A stretch of DNA of 63,968 nucleotides, counting the filler, from Octopus bimaculoides (Eukaryota): NCBI RefSeq assembly GCF_001194135.2. It is 10 parts of 8 records of this genome, joined end to end, with 100 filler letters (N's around TTAATTAATTAA, not from the genome) between each part and the next. Parts side by side here need not be neighbours in the genome. Positions count along the whole stretch, not along the records: positions 25,085 to 31,099 come from NC_068983.1; positions 31,200 to 37,670 come from NC_068983.1; positions 37,771 to 46,093 come from NC_068981.1; 7 more parts are not named here. One strand, given 5' to 3'. Shown here one piece after another: positions 26,060 through 37,978 of the stretch (positions are counted from its first letter, which is position 1; each line of letters opens with the position of its first letter). Below the pieces are notes generated by a model. That model did no database searches. It saw nothing but the letters and a program-made list of their open reading frames with translations, and was not told the DNA's origin. Made by a program: the position numbers and the translations under genes.

Positions 26060-26480
26060 TAAAATAAATTTTATCTCTTATGTGTCCTTTAAATGATATT
26101 AGATATATAAGTTAATTTTCACCACTATAATTCTATGTTAATTCCAATCATTCACTTTACCAGTTTCTTAAACCTTGATGTGTCCATCATTATAAATCAT
26201 GTAAATCTTTATGTATCAATTCTTTACATTAGTTATAAAATAAATTTTATATCTTATGTGTCCATTAAATATGATATTAGACATATAAGTTTTAATTTTC
26301 ACCATTATATTCTATGTTAATTCCAATCATTCATTTCACCAGTTTCTTAAACATTAATGAGTCCATCATTATAAACCATGTAAATCCTATGTATCAATTC
26401 TTTTATAGTAGTTATGAAATAAATTTTATCTCTCATGTGTTCTTTAAATAACATTAGATATATTAGCTTTAATTTTAATT
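26060..26480. repeat. ~175-bp tandem duplication, 2.4 copies
   Basis: Units start at ~26060, ~26234 and ~26413 (ataaaataaattttatctc..) with scattered substitutions. Confidence 0.85.
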
Positions 26481-27340
26481 TTAAAATAATTTAAAATAAT
26501 TTTTAGTCCAATATATATAAAAAAACAACTTTTTAACTTCACATCTTATCTATGTTTCTTTATATTGGTATAAATAAGTCTAAATGTATTTTACCAAAGC
26601 TTTTTAAATTAACACTACTTCATGGTTTTTGCATACTGAATGTATTGATTAGTCACATTACTATTATTCACATATTAATTAAGCTAATATTGGTATCTCA
26701 AAGTTTCCATACTTAGTATATGTAAAACAATACTGATACATTTTTCTGATTAATGAAAACTATAAATAAACACATACTGTATCTGTACATATATAGAAAC
26801 TTTATTTTATATACTTTTGACCTGGGTGCCTTATGTTAAACTTCCCCTGCTACATTATAAACTGGTCTGCAAGTAGTGAACCCCTCCGCCCCCAACTTAT
26901 AATAGTGTGTCTCTAAAACCTAAAGAATCTTTATAACTATATCCATGTATATTGTTTACACTTTCCCTTTCCTTATAAGGAAAAGGCTGGTGCCCTCTTA
27001 AGCTTTAAATCATTAAGTCTGATAAGATGAAAAAAAAAAAAAAATTCAGAGACAGTTAAAATTTGCTTGGAATTAATTACTAGCCTGTATGGTCTGGCTA
27101 AGTCAAAATGGTTTTTTGTATTCTTCCTTCCCACTTGGAGTGTTTAAATGTAGTTACAATAATATGTCCTTCTACTGAAATGAAATTTCAGTAAATTTTC
27201 TATATCTTTGTGCAGCTGAGGATTGCTCTGCATTTTATATTTAATGTAATGTTCACATTACTTAAATAAATGGTGTCGCATGAAACGATCGTACTGCATT
27301 AACCTTGAATATCCTTGTTGCTTATTTTGATGTATGTATG

Positions 27341-27390
<50 letters not shown>

Positions 27391-28727
27391 CATATATATA
27401 TAAATCGATTCAAATAACCGAAGAAAATTAACGAACAAGAGGAGGATGTGCACAAGAAATTTATTTGCTTGACAGTCGGTGAAAAGAGTGAGTCTGACGT
27501 TTCAAGCATACGTCTTAGTCGGAAAGGAATAAGGGAAGAGTTCAAAGAAGGAAAGGAAATCGCCAGCAGCACGTGTGTAGTTAAATTGCTGAAGTATATA
27601 TATGTATGTGCGTGTATATATATATAAGCTCGTCGAAACGCCGGTGTTAAAACGTGGGTAGCTGATGAAGTAGAATGTTCTCTATGTGGCTCGTGTGTTC
27701 TCGTCTACGTTTGTTTGCAATGTCCTGTACCCAGATATGCACCTATACATACAGGTGGATGTCGGTATGCACATACCTGTACGTATATATGCATATACTC
27801 ATTTACTATTTGTTTTTATATATATATATATATCTTCTGATGTAATCATTACTCAAAGAGGGGTATTCAGCTAGCTACTCATCAGATCCAAGATACCTTA
27901 ATTATATGAAAATTACATTGTCGGTAAGTAATCCCAACTTATCACTCCGAAAACATAATTTGAAATGAGAGGTGAAGCCGGAAGAACAGAGTAATCCACC
28001 ACCAAACCAAAAAAAAAAAAAAGAAAAACAGATAAAATAGAAAGAAATGTTTGAAGAAATAGGAGGGTCAGTAAGTAAGAAAAGTGAAGAAAGAGGTTAA
28101 AAATTTGGGAGTGGGGAATTGTCTAAAGTTGTTAGAAAAGAAAGATAATAAGAGGCGAAGGAAGAGTCGGGGTGATAGACGGATGCTGACTTTAGAGAAA
28201 GGTCTTTGAGAATATTAAGCTAAGGCCATTTTACTGTGTCTCCAGTAAACAGATACTTTGGTGCACTGATGCGTAAACATTTGTGCACAAACATTTTTTA
28301 GAAGAGATGAAATGGCCAAGAATAAGAAAAAAGGAAAGGAAGAAATCAAAAATTTGAGTGTGAGTATTGAATGGAGTTGTTAGGAAAGAAGAAGAGGGGG
28401 AAAAAGAGGGAGATAAGAGTTGAAGGTTGTATTCTTTAAAGGCGAACATAGTTCACGTAGCTAAAGTTGATCGCTTACTACTTCACGCATGTGCATACTC
28501 GCGAGTATATGCGTACACTCAAAGAGTGCCCGTAGGATCAGCTTTGGTAAACACGCGCGCGTACGCGCATGATTATTACCACATGTAAACAGGAAGCTAT
28601 AAAGAGATCACAATGTTAGAGAAATGTATGAAAATAGCTTTAAAAAGAATATGTTATAAATACATTGAAGAAGTTCAAGTGACGCGGATGTAGGAAGATT
28701 GGTAGGGAATTATATCGGAAGGTAGTA

Positions 28728-29300
28728 TTATTTGTAACTTAAGAAGGTATTACATAATTTGTGTCGGCAATTAAGAATAAAGTAGCTTCGTTCATTAAAA
28801 CAGTTGCTGCATTGCATAACAGATAAGACTTCTGCGATGCAGAGATCGCATTTGTTGCTATAACCGTTTTACGGTTTGGCATGAGTAAGAATGGACCACA
28901 TTAAACTATATACAACTGCGTTAATTTTCAAGTTATGAATGAGCCTAAATAAAGAGGTAGTATTAGTTTTCGCTTGAAATTTAAAGCCAGAATAATGGTT
29001 AATGATTCTGGCCTTGAAGGTGGTGGTGCTAGTGCTGATATAAACATTCTTGGAATCATCCGTGGTGACCACATACTTATGTATTGCATTTCTTGTGAGG
29101 CATTTGCTTTTCAAGGGAAAGGAGATGGAGCATCTACAGCTGCATAGATTTCTAGAGGGTAGTGAAGTGGGGTTTGTGGGGTTATGATTATCTGAGTTTA
29201 ACCAGGAATTATATTTAGTATTAGCCTCAGCGTTAGGGTTGGTATTGTTTGTGGTGCAGTGGGAGCAGTCCGGTGGGGGGGATATTATCAGTGAGCACTG
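28728..29300 (-). mobile_element. Penelope-like element GIY-YIG endonuclease C-terminus
   Basis: CSCRCSISFPLKSKCLTRNAIHKYVVTT..FKARIINH..LKINAVVYSLMWSILTHAKP/YNGYSNKCDLCIAE..FNERS..CRHK* is the PLE CxCR..CPL..CL..FKxRxxNH..CxLC..CRH pattern. Confidence 0.8.
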
Positions 29301-29711
29301 TCAATTTGTGTGTCTATTACACATAAACACGTTGTGAACTACTTACTAAATAAGTTCTTGGTTTTAGGAATATCTCCCGAAAAAGCATTTATCGAGATAA
29401 CAGAATGTGTAATAAAATGTGCGTAATGGAAAAGGAAACGTTAATAGAAGCAAAATCAAGGAGAATACATTTAATTTTAAAGACTGAACATTCTTTGAAT
29501 TATAGAATTGTTTCCAGTTAGTTATGCAAATACCAAAAGAGAAAGCATCCTAAGAAAGCTCTTGGAAAAACAAAGTAGGAATGTTTCTATTACATCGTCA
29601 TAGCTATGCAGATAAGATGTGGAAAAATGTCATTTAACGCATATGCAGAAACAATAATTTGTGCATAAAGGGGACAGTTTCAAACGGAAAGTAGTTTAAT
29701 ATTAGTAATTA

Positions 29712-29805
29712 TCAGTGATTATAACACCTCAAAGTACAACAACTTGCATAGTTTTCTTTAGCATATATTTCTGATGTTGTAGTGTTAAAATCCACATCGA
29801 CGCAC
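29712..29805 (-). CDS. Possible C-terminal coding end of the Sushi gene (CVDVDFNTTTSEIYAKENYASCCTLRCYNH*)
   Basis: Open frame emerging from the 779-N gap, in the same nominal frame as 30585-31099; ATTAAA just downstream. Frame continuity depends on the gap size estimate. Confidence 0.35.
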
Positions 29806-30584
29806 NNNNNNNNNNNNNNNNNNNNNNNNNNNNNNNNNNNNNNNNNNNNNNNNNNNNNNNNNNNNNNNNNNNNNNNNNNNNNNNNNNNNNNNNNNNNNNN
29901 NNNNNNNNNNNNNNNNNNNNNNNNNNNNNNNNNNNNNNNNNNNNNNNNNNNNNNNNNNNNNNNNNNNNNNNNNNNNNNNNNNNNNNNNNNNNNNNNNNNN
30001 NNNNNNNNNNNNNNNNNNNNNNNNNNNNNNNNNNNNNNNNNNNNNNNNNNNNNNNNNNNNNNNNNNNNNNNNNNNNNNNNNNNNNNNNNNNNNNNNNNNN
30101 NNNNNNNNNNNNNNNNNNNNNNNNNNNNNNNNNNNNNNNNNNNNNNNNNNNNNNNNNNNNNNNNNNNNNNNNNNNNNNNNNNNNNNNNNNNNNNNNNNNN
30201 NNNNNNNNNNNNNNNNNNNNNNNNNNNNNNNNNNNNNNNNNNNNNNNNNNNNNNNNNNNNNNNNNNNNNNNNNNNNNNNNNNNNNNNNNNNNNNNNNNNN
30301 NNNNNNNNNNNNNNNNNNNNNNNNNNNNNNNNNNNNNNNNNNNNNNNNNNNNNNNNNNNNNNNNNNNNNNNNNNNNNNNNNNNNNNNNNNNNNNNNNNNN
30401 NNNNNNNNNNNNNNNNNNNNNNNNNNNNNNNNNNNNNNNNNNNNNNNNNNNNNNNNNNNNNNNNNNNNNNNNNNNNNNNNNNNNNNNNNNNNNNNNNNNN
30501 NNNNNNNNNNNNNNNNNNNNNNNNNNNNNNNNNNNNNNNNNNNNNNNNNNNNNNNNNNNNNNNNNNNNNNNNNNNNNNNNNNNN

Positions 30585-31099
30585 GACAGGAATGAAGGAT
30601 CGTTTGCAAGAATATATCACTTTTCCTCCTTCATTGATTAATGTTGTTCTGGGTTTTAAAATTATACCTTCAGAAATAGTCACAACTCTACCAGCAATTT
30701 CAGGTACAAAGCAACTCAAAGTGCAAACAGGTGTCGGGAAGTTCCAGCTACCGTCTTGAAGACAAGTTAATACAGATTCACCTTTCAGATTATATGGTTT
30801 TAAGCAACTGAAAGAAACTGTTTCGTTAATTTCAACTTCATTTGTGTTGTTTGCACTTCCATGTTTGGGTGGATGCGGCGGGAGACATTTGATAGTTTCA
30901 CAAACTGGTGATGGAGACGACCACTGTTTAGTTTCTTGACACTGTATTGAATTGTTTCCTCGCAAAAAATAACCAGATAGGCAGGAAAAGTGAATAACAG
31001 AGTTATATGTGTATGCAACATTTATCATGAAACTGTGTGCAGGTTTATGAAAAATGGGGCAGGTTATTAACTTACATTTTTTATCTTCATACATCCATT
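30585..31099 (-). CDS. Tandem Sushi/CCP (complement control protein) domains in one uninterrupted exon
   Basis: WMYEDKKC | CP..FSCLSGYFLRGNNSIQCQETKQWSSPSPVC | CLPPHPPKHG..FSCLKPYNLKGESVLTCLQDGSWNFPTPVC | CFVP..YSC. Two complete and two partial CCP modules with C..C..G..C..W..C spacing; both ends lie in gaps. Confidence 0.9.
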
Positions 31100-31199
31100 N
31101 NNNNNNNNNNNNNNNNNNNNNNNNNNNNNNNNNNNNNNNNNNNTTAATTAATTAANNNNNNNNNNNNNNNNNNNNNNNNNNNNNNNNNNNNNNNNNNNN

Positions 31200-31478
31200 G
31201 GCCGACCAAAGCCTTGTGAGTGCATTTGGTAGACGGAAACTGAAAGAAGCCCGTCGTATATATATATATGTATATGTGTTTGTGTGTCTGTGTTTGTCCC
31301 CCTAGCATTGCTTGACAACCGATGCTGGTGTGTTTATGTCCCCGTAACTTAGCGGTTCAGCAAAAGAGACCGATAGAATAAGTACTAGGCTTACAAAGAA
31401 TAAGTCCCGGGGTCGATTTGCTCGACTAAAGGCGGTGCTCCAGCATGGCCGCAGTCAAACGACTGAAACAAATAAAAG
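31200..31478 (+). mobile_element. Family 1 SINE, 5' end in gap
   Basis: Near-intact body and tail matching the reverse complement of 10115-10400. Confidence 0.85.
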
Positions 31479-32676
31479 AGTGAAGAGTAACGTTTCAGCC
31501 TTTTTCTTCACTTTCAATAAAATACCACTCTTCTCTTTCTCTTTGTTTTAAAAAATTTATAATTTTAGCATTTTTCACTTTCTTACTGATTTGTTATTCA
31601 ATTTAGGGTCTAAAATGTATGTGCCTGTATAATATTTTAAAATGGTATTTGATTAATTGAAATCTCTTGTAGATTTTCTTGACTTGAGTATGTTCCATAC
31701 CTTCATTTAATATTCAAATGATAAGTTTGTGAATTTCCATCATTCTTTGACGTAACAAATATATATTGGTTGCATAATGCTTCAACTATCGATTTACATG
31801 TTCTTCCAAGATAAGTGTTCTCTCTAAAATTTAATCTTCTCTTACACACTTTGTCTAGCGGTAATCTATAAATTCAGTAAAGCTCTGTTTATTCTTCATC
31901 AAAACCTTACTTGATGTCCACATGGTTCTAGCTTTGGTCCTTGTAGAGTAAAAATGTATAAGAGTCCATTGTGCACGAACTAGTACTTCTATATATATAT
32001 ATATATATATATATATGTGCACACACGTCCATGACTATGTTTTTGTTTGTTTATGTCGAGTAACAGTTCTACAAAGAGCTCAGTAAAACAATTACTAGGG
32101 GTTGATATGATCAGTTAAAACATTTGAAGGTGATCCTCCAACATGGTCAGAGTTCAGTGGCTAAATTAGTAAGAGAATAACTCTGACCTCACGTATCTCA
32201 GTGCATGTATTCTGTATAAATGAATTGCTACCCTTCTTAATCGATCTGGAAAGACTGGTTCACAAGTTTCAAATTTCCAACCCCTGATTCTTTTATGTTT
32301 TTCAGTGAAAAAGCTTTTCAGTAAAAATTTCTTTGAGTTCATTTAGATCAAAGAACTTTTAATTCATGTGCATATGACTCCATTTTCATTCTTCTTCAGT
32401 CCTATTGAAAATTGTTGCTTGATGAATATTTTATGAGCTGTTCAATAAAATAAATATGAAAAAAATAAGTCACTCACAATATAACTGATGTTCACCCAGT
32501 TTCTCCAGATCGCATAGACTATCTACAGAAAAATTAAAGATTGCTAAGGCCAAATTTTATCACGTGCTGGACTTTGGAATGATTTGTCCTCCTAGTAGTA
32601 ATTGGTCTACATCTTTAGTTTTGGTTAAAAAAAATAAGGCTGATTGGCATCCTTGTGGTGATTTTTGCCAGCTTAA

Positions 32677-32954
32677 CCCATTACCTACCAGTGATCTCAT
32701 ATGAGATCACTTAAAAATTACAAATTTCGTAAATATCTGTCAATATTTACACATATCTAACCGTTTTGCTATATCTACTAGGTATATTTCTCTGATATTC
32801 AAATGAGGTTTGCTAATTTTTCACCCAATATCTTGCTTATTTCTATTTAAAATGTTATTTTGATCATTCTAGCATTTTTTTAAGGCTGTTTTATGCTAGA
32901 AATCAAAGTTTCATAAAAAAAATTTCAGTTAATAGAATTATGGGAGGTAATGGG
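32677..32954. mobile_element. piggyBac-type MITE inserted in Gypsy RT
   Basis: TTAA at 32673-76 and 32955-58; 14-bp TIRs cccattacctacca / tgggaggtaatggg. Removing it restores CAG CTT AAT ACC AAA ACA CAA CCT GAT (QLNTKTQPD). Confidence 0.85.
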
Positions 32955-33974
32955 TTAATACCAAAACACAACCTGATAAATATCCAATTCTTCATAATCA
33001 TGATTTTTCAGCATCATTCAATGCTTGTAATTTTTGAAGAGCTTATAATCAAATTCCTGTTGAAGAGAAGGATATACCAAGAACAGCTATTACGACTCCA
33101 TTTGGGTGATATGAGTTCCTTTGCATGCCTTTTAAGGATTAAGGAACGCGGCCAATACTTTTCAAGGGTTTATAGACCAAGTAACTAGCGATTTACCTTT
33201 TGTATTCGCATATATAGACGATCTTCTCATTGTGAGTCCTTCTGAAGAAGTTCAAGAAAATCATTTAAAGCAGATATTTGAAAGACTGACTAAATATGGT
33301 ATAGTAATAAATCCATCAAAATGCGTTTTTGGTGAACATACCATCTCTTTTTTTAGGTCATCTTATAAAGGATGGAATTTGTCCTCTTCCAGACAAAGTT
33401 GAAGCTATTAACAAATTTCCAGTACCCAACTCTTTACGAAAGTTTCGTAAGTTCTTAAGACTCGTTAATTTTTACAGATGATCTGTACCTAACTGCACGG
33501 AAAGTTTATTTCCTTTAACGGAATTATTGAAAAATAGGTAAAAGAAAAACAAAGCAACTGCTTTACAAGAGAAAGAATTACAAACTTTCCATTGCATTAA
33601 AAAAAAAAAAAAACTTAGTGAAGCAACACTCTCAACCCACGTGGTTCCTGAAGTGAAATTATCACTGATAGTTGATGGTTCCAATGTTGGAATTGGTGGA
33701 GTTTTACAACAATTTAATTCTGGTTCTTGGCAACCTCTATCATTTTTTTCAAGAAAGTTCAAGGCAGCAAAGACGAAGTACAGTGTTTTCGGCAGAGAAT
33801 GGCTGGCGGCTTATTTATCAGTTAAATACTTCAGGCATCGTCCTGAAGGTAGGTCATTCACCTTATTTACTGATAAGCCATTCACACATGCACTTAGGAA
33901 TTCTTCTGAAAAATATTCTCCAAGTGAAGTCAGACACCTTGATTATATTTTACAGTATACTGTGGGTATAAGGT

Positions 33975-35244
33975 TGTAACGACCGTGCGACCAGGAGATG
34001 GTGACAAGGAATGGCTCCTTTAGCGTATCGTACGGTTGACACAAATAAAAAAACATGAAAAGAGATTAAATGAATATAAGTGCCAAAAAGGAAAAGAGAC
34101 ACAACCGGTAGAAGGTTAAGAGAAAGGTTTTATTGATATGTCAACTTGTATGTCTGTATGTGTGAGTGCAACATAGTAAACGCAGTAATAGACAGACCGT
34201 CATGTAAACAAAGTGTGGTTGTATACAAACGTGTTTATGTCATCATCATCATCATCGTTTAACATCCGCTTTCCATGCTAGCATGGGTTGGACGATTTGA
34301 CTGAGGACTGGTGAAACCAGATGGCTACACCAGGCTCCAATCTGATTTGGCAGAGTTTCTACAGCTGGATGCCCTTCCTAATGCCAACCACTCCAAGAAT
34401 GACGTGGGTGCTTTTACGTGCCACCCGCACGAAGGCCAGTCAGGCGGTACTGGCAACGGCCATGCTCAAAAGGTGTATTTTATGTGCCACCTGCACAAGA
34501 GCCAGTCCAGGGGCACTGGCAACGATCTTGCTCAAGCGAGAAATACAGAGCATAGAAGAGTCTATAAGAAAGTCGAGGCACAAAGGTGGAAAATATACCA
34601 GTTCATAGGTCAAGGTACACAGCAGCTGAAGTAATGTATCAAGAAGTTGTGGCGGCAAGGCAGAGCCAAAGAGACACATGTCGAGTAAAAAGTTGAGACT
34701 TCAATGCTGCGGCCGGTTACTTGGTACAGAAATTCTCGCAGATTGCATTCGCTGTTAACCATGGTGAAGCATTTCACAAACAGCGTCGAGAAAAGCTGTG
34801 CGAGCGTTGCTGGTGGTGTATACGCAGAGAAGTTGGTGTAGACGCTGGTGGTGGCAACAAAGGAGCTTGCAGTAATCTGTTGAACGAAGTGTTGGATCTC
34901 CATGTGTCATGTCGTCGCTGAAACTGGCTGTGTGCTCTGTGGTCAGCGGCTAGACCTCAGACTGTCTGGAGCCGGATTGACAACCAGGACAGTGTAACAG
35001 CTAGCTATTTATAAGATATCATCGGCTCAAATGGGGGTTCAGAAAGACTGTCCCATGCGACCTTATCTGAAGGCTGCGATTGGTTGGGTTGCATCCTGGT
35101 GCAAGACAACAAGAGACAAAAATACGCCAATACCAACCAATCAGAGTGGTGGACACAACGGTCCAAAGATGTGGCCGAAAGCTAGCTGTTAACCACTACA
35201 TCCATACTCATGTATATATAACAGAGAAAGAGAAGTACGCAACA
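33975..35244 (-). mobile_element. Solo LTR inserted in the Gypsy RNase H-integrase junction
   Basis: TGT...ACA ends with a 4-bp TSD AGGT/ATGT (one mismatch). Removal restores QYTVGIRYIKG. AATAAAAC on the minus strand at ~34130. Confidence 0.7.
34240..34535 (-). mobile_element. RTE-like LINE 3' end with (ATG)n tail, nested in the solo LTR
   Basis: (CAT)n tract, then sequence matching 39660-39830 (tttctac.gctgga.gcccttcctaa). Confidence 0.7.
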
Positions 35245-36946
35245 ATGTATATCAAGGGTGTCAAAAATTCTGCAGCTGATGCTCTTTCTTGCATTAATGT
35301 TGATGCATTTCATTCTATGAGTGCGATTGATTTAGAAGAAATGTCTAGAGATCAGACAACAGATAAGGAATTTTCTCAGTATAAAGATTCCTGTTCAACT
35401 GCTTTGAAATTCAAGTTAGTACCAATTCATTCTAGTAAATCACATATCGAGTGTAATATTTCTACAGGATTTTCTAGACCGTTTGTGTCTGAATAGTCTA
35501 GAAAAGTTGCTTTATCTACCTTACATAACTTATCACATCCTAGTATTGCAGCATCACTGAAATTGATATCAAATCGATTTGTCTAGCCTGGAATGAATAA
35601 GGATATTCGTTCTTGGGTTTAGTCTTGTATACAGTATCAAAAAACAAAAGTGAGTCGGCATATTAAAGCGCCATTAGGGACTTTTGCAAACCTTGATGCT
35701 AGATTTCAACACATACATATGGACATAGTTGGACCATTACCGCCTGTAGAAGGTAATGGTTATTTGTTAACATGCATTGTTTTTCGTGTTGGCTTGAAAT
35801 TTTTCCAATGAAGGACACATCTGCAGTGACTATAACCAAAACTATATTCAGTAATTGGATTTTGTGATATGGAATTCCAAAAACCATAACAGAAGGCAGT
35901 TTGAATCTACACTATTTGTAGAATTTAATAAATTGTTGGGAATTCATAGAATTTGAACCACTGCTTATCACCTACAATCCAATGGAATGATAGAGAGATT
36001 TCATCGTCAGTTAAAAGCAGCATTATGAATTTACTCTGATTCTAACAGTTGGTTAGAAGCTTTGCCTGTTATATTATCGGGAATCAGAAGTACTATTAAG
36101 GAAACTTTGCAATTTTCACCGCTGAACTTTTGTATGAGACTCCTTTAACTTTGCCTGGTCAGATGTTTGATGAAACAGTTTCTTTCGCAGAAGATATTTC
36201 TAATTACCTTCTAACTAGGAGATAATTCTAACTACTAGACTTAAAAGATTTCTGTCTGATATTCCTTCTTTTCCAACTAAACTACAAAACATTAAAAGTT
36301 ATGTACCTGCTGATATTAAATCCTGGACTCATGGATTTGTACGTAATGATGCCAGTCATTATTCACTACATTATAAATACACTGAACCGTTCAAAGTTTT
36401 GTCAGTCAAAGATAAAACTATGACTTTAGATATTCATGAAAAAAAAAATGAAACTGTCTGTTTAGACAGAGTTAAAAAGGCTTATTTTGACCATTCTTCA
36501 TTTCATGAAAACAAAGATACAAGCAAAACATTTGAAAATAACTTTCAAAAGAATACCTCATAAGTCAGCGAACTTAAGACAGAAAATAAAACAAAAAAAT
36601 CAATTTTGAAAAAAAAAGACCAAAAGTCGCATTTTCCAAAGAGACTTTCTGAATTTGTTTAATTTTGTACTTCCTCATGGATTTTAACATTTCTTGTAAT
36701 TTTTGTTTTTTTTTTAAAAGATACTTTGTAATATTTTCCAAGGGACTATATTGAACATTACATGAACGCTGTACTTTTTGTAAAACGTTATTGGACGGTT
36801 GTTTGTTGTTGTTTTAAGTATTGATACATTTATACTTTTTCCAAAGTTTGTAACTTTCATGATTTTTTTCCAGTTTTGTTGAAATTGTTTTGAAATAAAT
36901 CATTATTTCCAAAAACTTTGAACAATTTTTCTAAGTGGGGAACTAT

Positions 36947-37260
36947 TGTAGCATTTATAAGACTTTAGCAGCAGCATGATGTCCTAGTCGTGTCAGCTGT
37001 TTTTTGTTTATAAATGTCTTAGGTTTTTTCATTGGTTGATTTCACTGTCCATACATTGATTCTATTCATCGTGAAAAGTCTCTTTTCATGGAGAAAGGTT
37101 CTTAGAATTGGGTTTACGGCAGTTATAAAAACCCTGATTTTTTGGAAAACTATTATGTTGTGATAAATTCATTGTATATATTTTTACTTCCAGTAAATAA
37201 ATGATTGGTGTTTAATCCAATCCATCTTCTCTTGATATTATCTGTACGAAATCTCATCGT
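36947..37260 (+). mobile_element. Probable 3' LTR of the Gypsy element
   Basis: Purine-rich aagtggggaac (PPT-like) immediately precedes TGTAGC. Right boundary approximate; no 5' LTR seen. Confidence 0.5.
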
Positions 37261-37574
37261 ATGATTATAAGGAAAATGAACCAGTTAAAGATTTATTTCT
37301 AGGCACCTTTATGAAGATATACTCAAGTCTTTGTCAACACAAGAAAATACAATCAACCCAGTATGAAGAAACCAAATAACATTCTTAAGATAAACAGGAC
37401 TTTTTAATTTCACTTCCATAGACATCTTCACCTTGCTGTCAGAAACATATCTTCTCATCCTCGAAATGTCCGTATCTTCAACATACATGCTGAGCATTGC
37501 TATGAGTGTATAATACTTCTAGCATTCTGCCTATACCTCTAACTTCTTCTCAGAAGTTCATAAAGACACAGCGA

Positions 37575-37615
<41 letters not shown>

Positions 37616-37817
37616 ATAATATTATTAGGGACAAAATCCAAAATTACAGGTAAAAAACTCAATTAAAATCNNNNNNNNNNNNNNNNNNNNNNNNNNNNNN
37701 NNNNNNNNNNNNNNTTAATTAATTAANNNNNNNNNNNNNNNNNNNNNNNNNNNNNNNNNNNNNNNNNNNNCTGTGTAAATAGAAAGAGTAGCAGAAGGAA
37801 AAGAAGGGGAAGATCTG

Positions 37818-37978
37818 TACAGATAAATTCCTCTATTTACATAATATCGAGGTCTCTTTCTTTCCTTTGTTGTCCTTCCTATCAATATATATATATATAT
37901 ATATATTGATAGAAAAGGTAAGACAACAAAAGAAAGAAAGAGACCTCGATATTATGTAAATAGAGGAATTTATCTGTA
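37818..37978. repeat. ~70-bp inverted repeat pair centred on a (TA)n tract
   Basis: tacagataaattcctctatttacataatatcgaggtctctttc.. versus its reverse complement at 37905-37978. Third copy at ~23965-24030. Confidence 0.85.

Larger units (their letters stand above)
32270..36946 (+). mobile_element. Decayed Ty3/Gypsy LTR retrotransposon pol (RT, RNase H, integrase)
   Basis: RT: SSNWSTSLVLVKK..PCGDFCQLN/TKTQPDKYP..YNQIP..TAITTPFG..YIDDLL. RNase H: DGSNVGIGGVLQQ..YSVFGRE..FTD. Integrase: HNLSHP..HIHMDIVGPLP..TTAYH..SNGMIERFHRQLK. Order RT-RH-IN is Gypsy-type. Confidence 0.9.

Noticed and set aside
27625-27700. cgaaac...gtta...ctgatga in permuted (type II) hammerhead order
   Set aside because: Stems I and II cannot be paired convincingly.
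28869-29114. ORF first suspected to be a CUB-like exon of the Sushi gene
   Set aside because: Extended translation gives the Penelope GIY-YIG cysteine pattern, so it is transposon-derived.
34298-34325. ctgagga-ctggt-gaaac hammerhead-like word
   Set aside because: No room for stem II; it lies antisense in an RTE 3' UTR.
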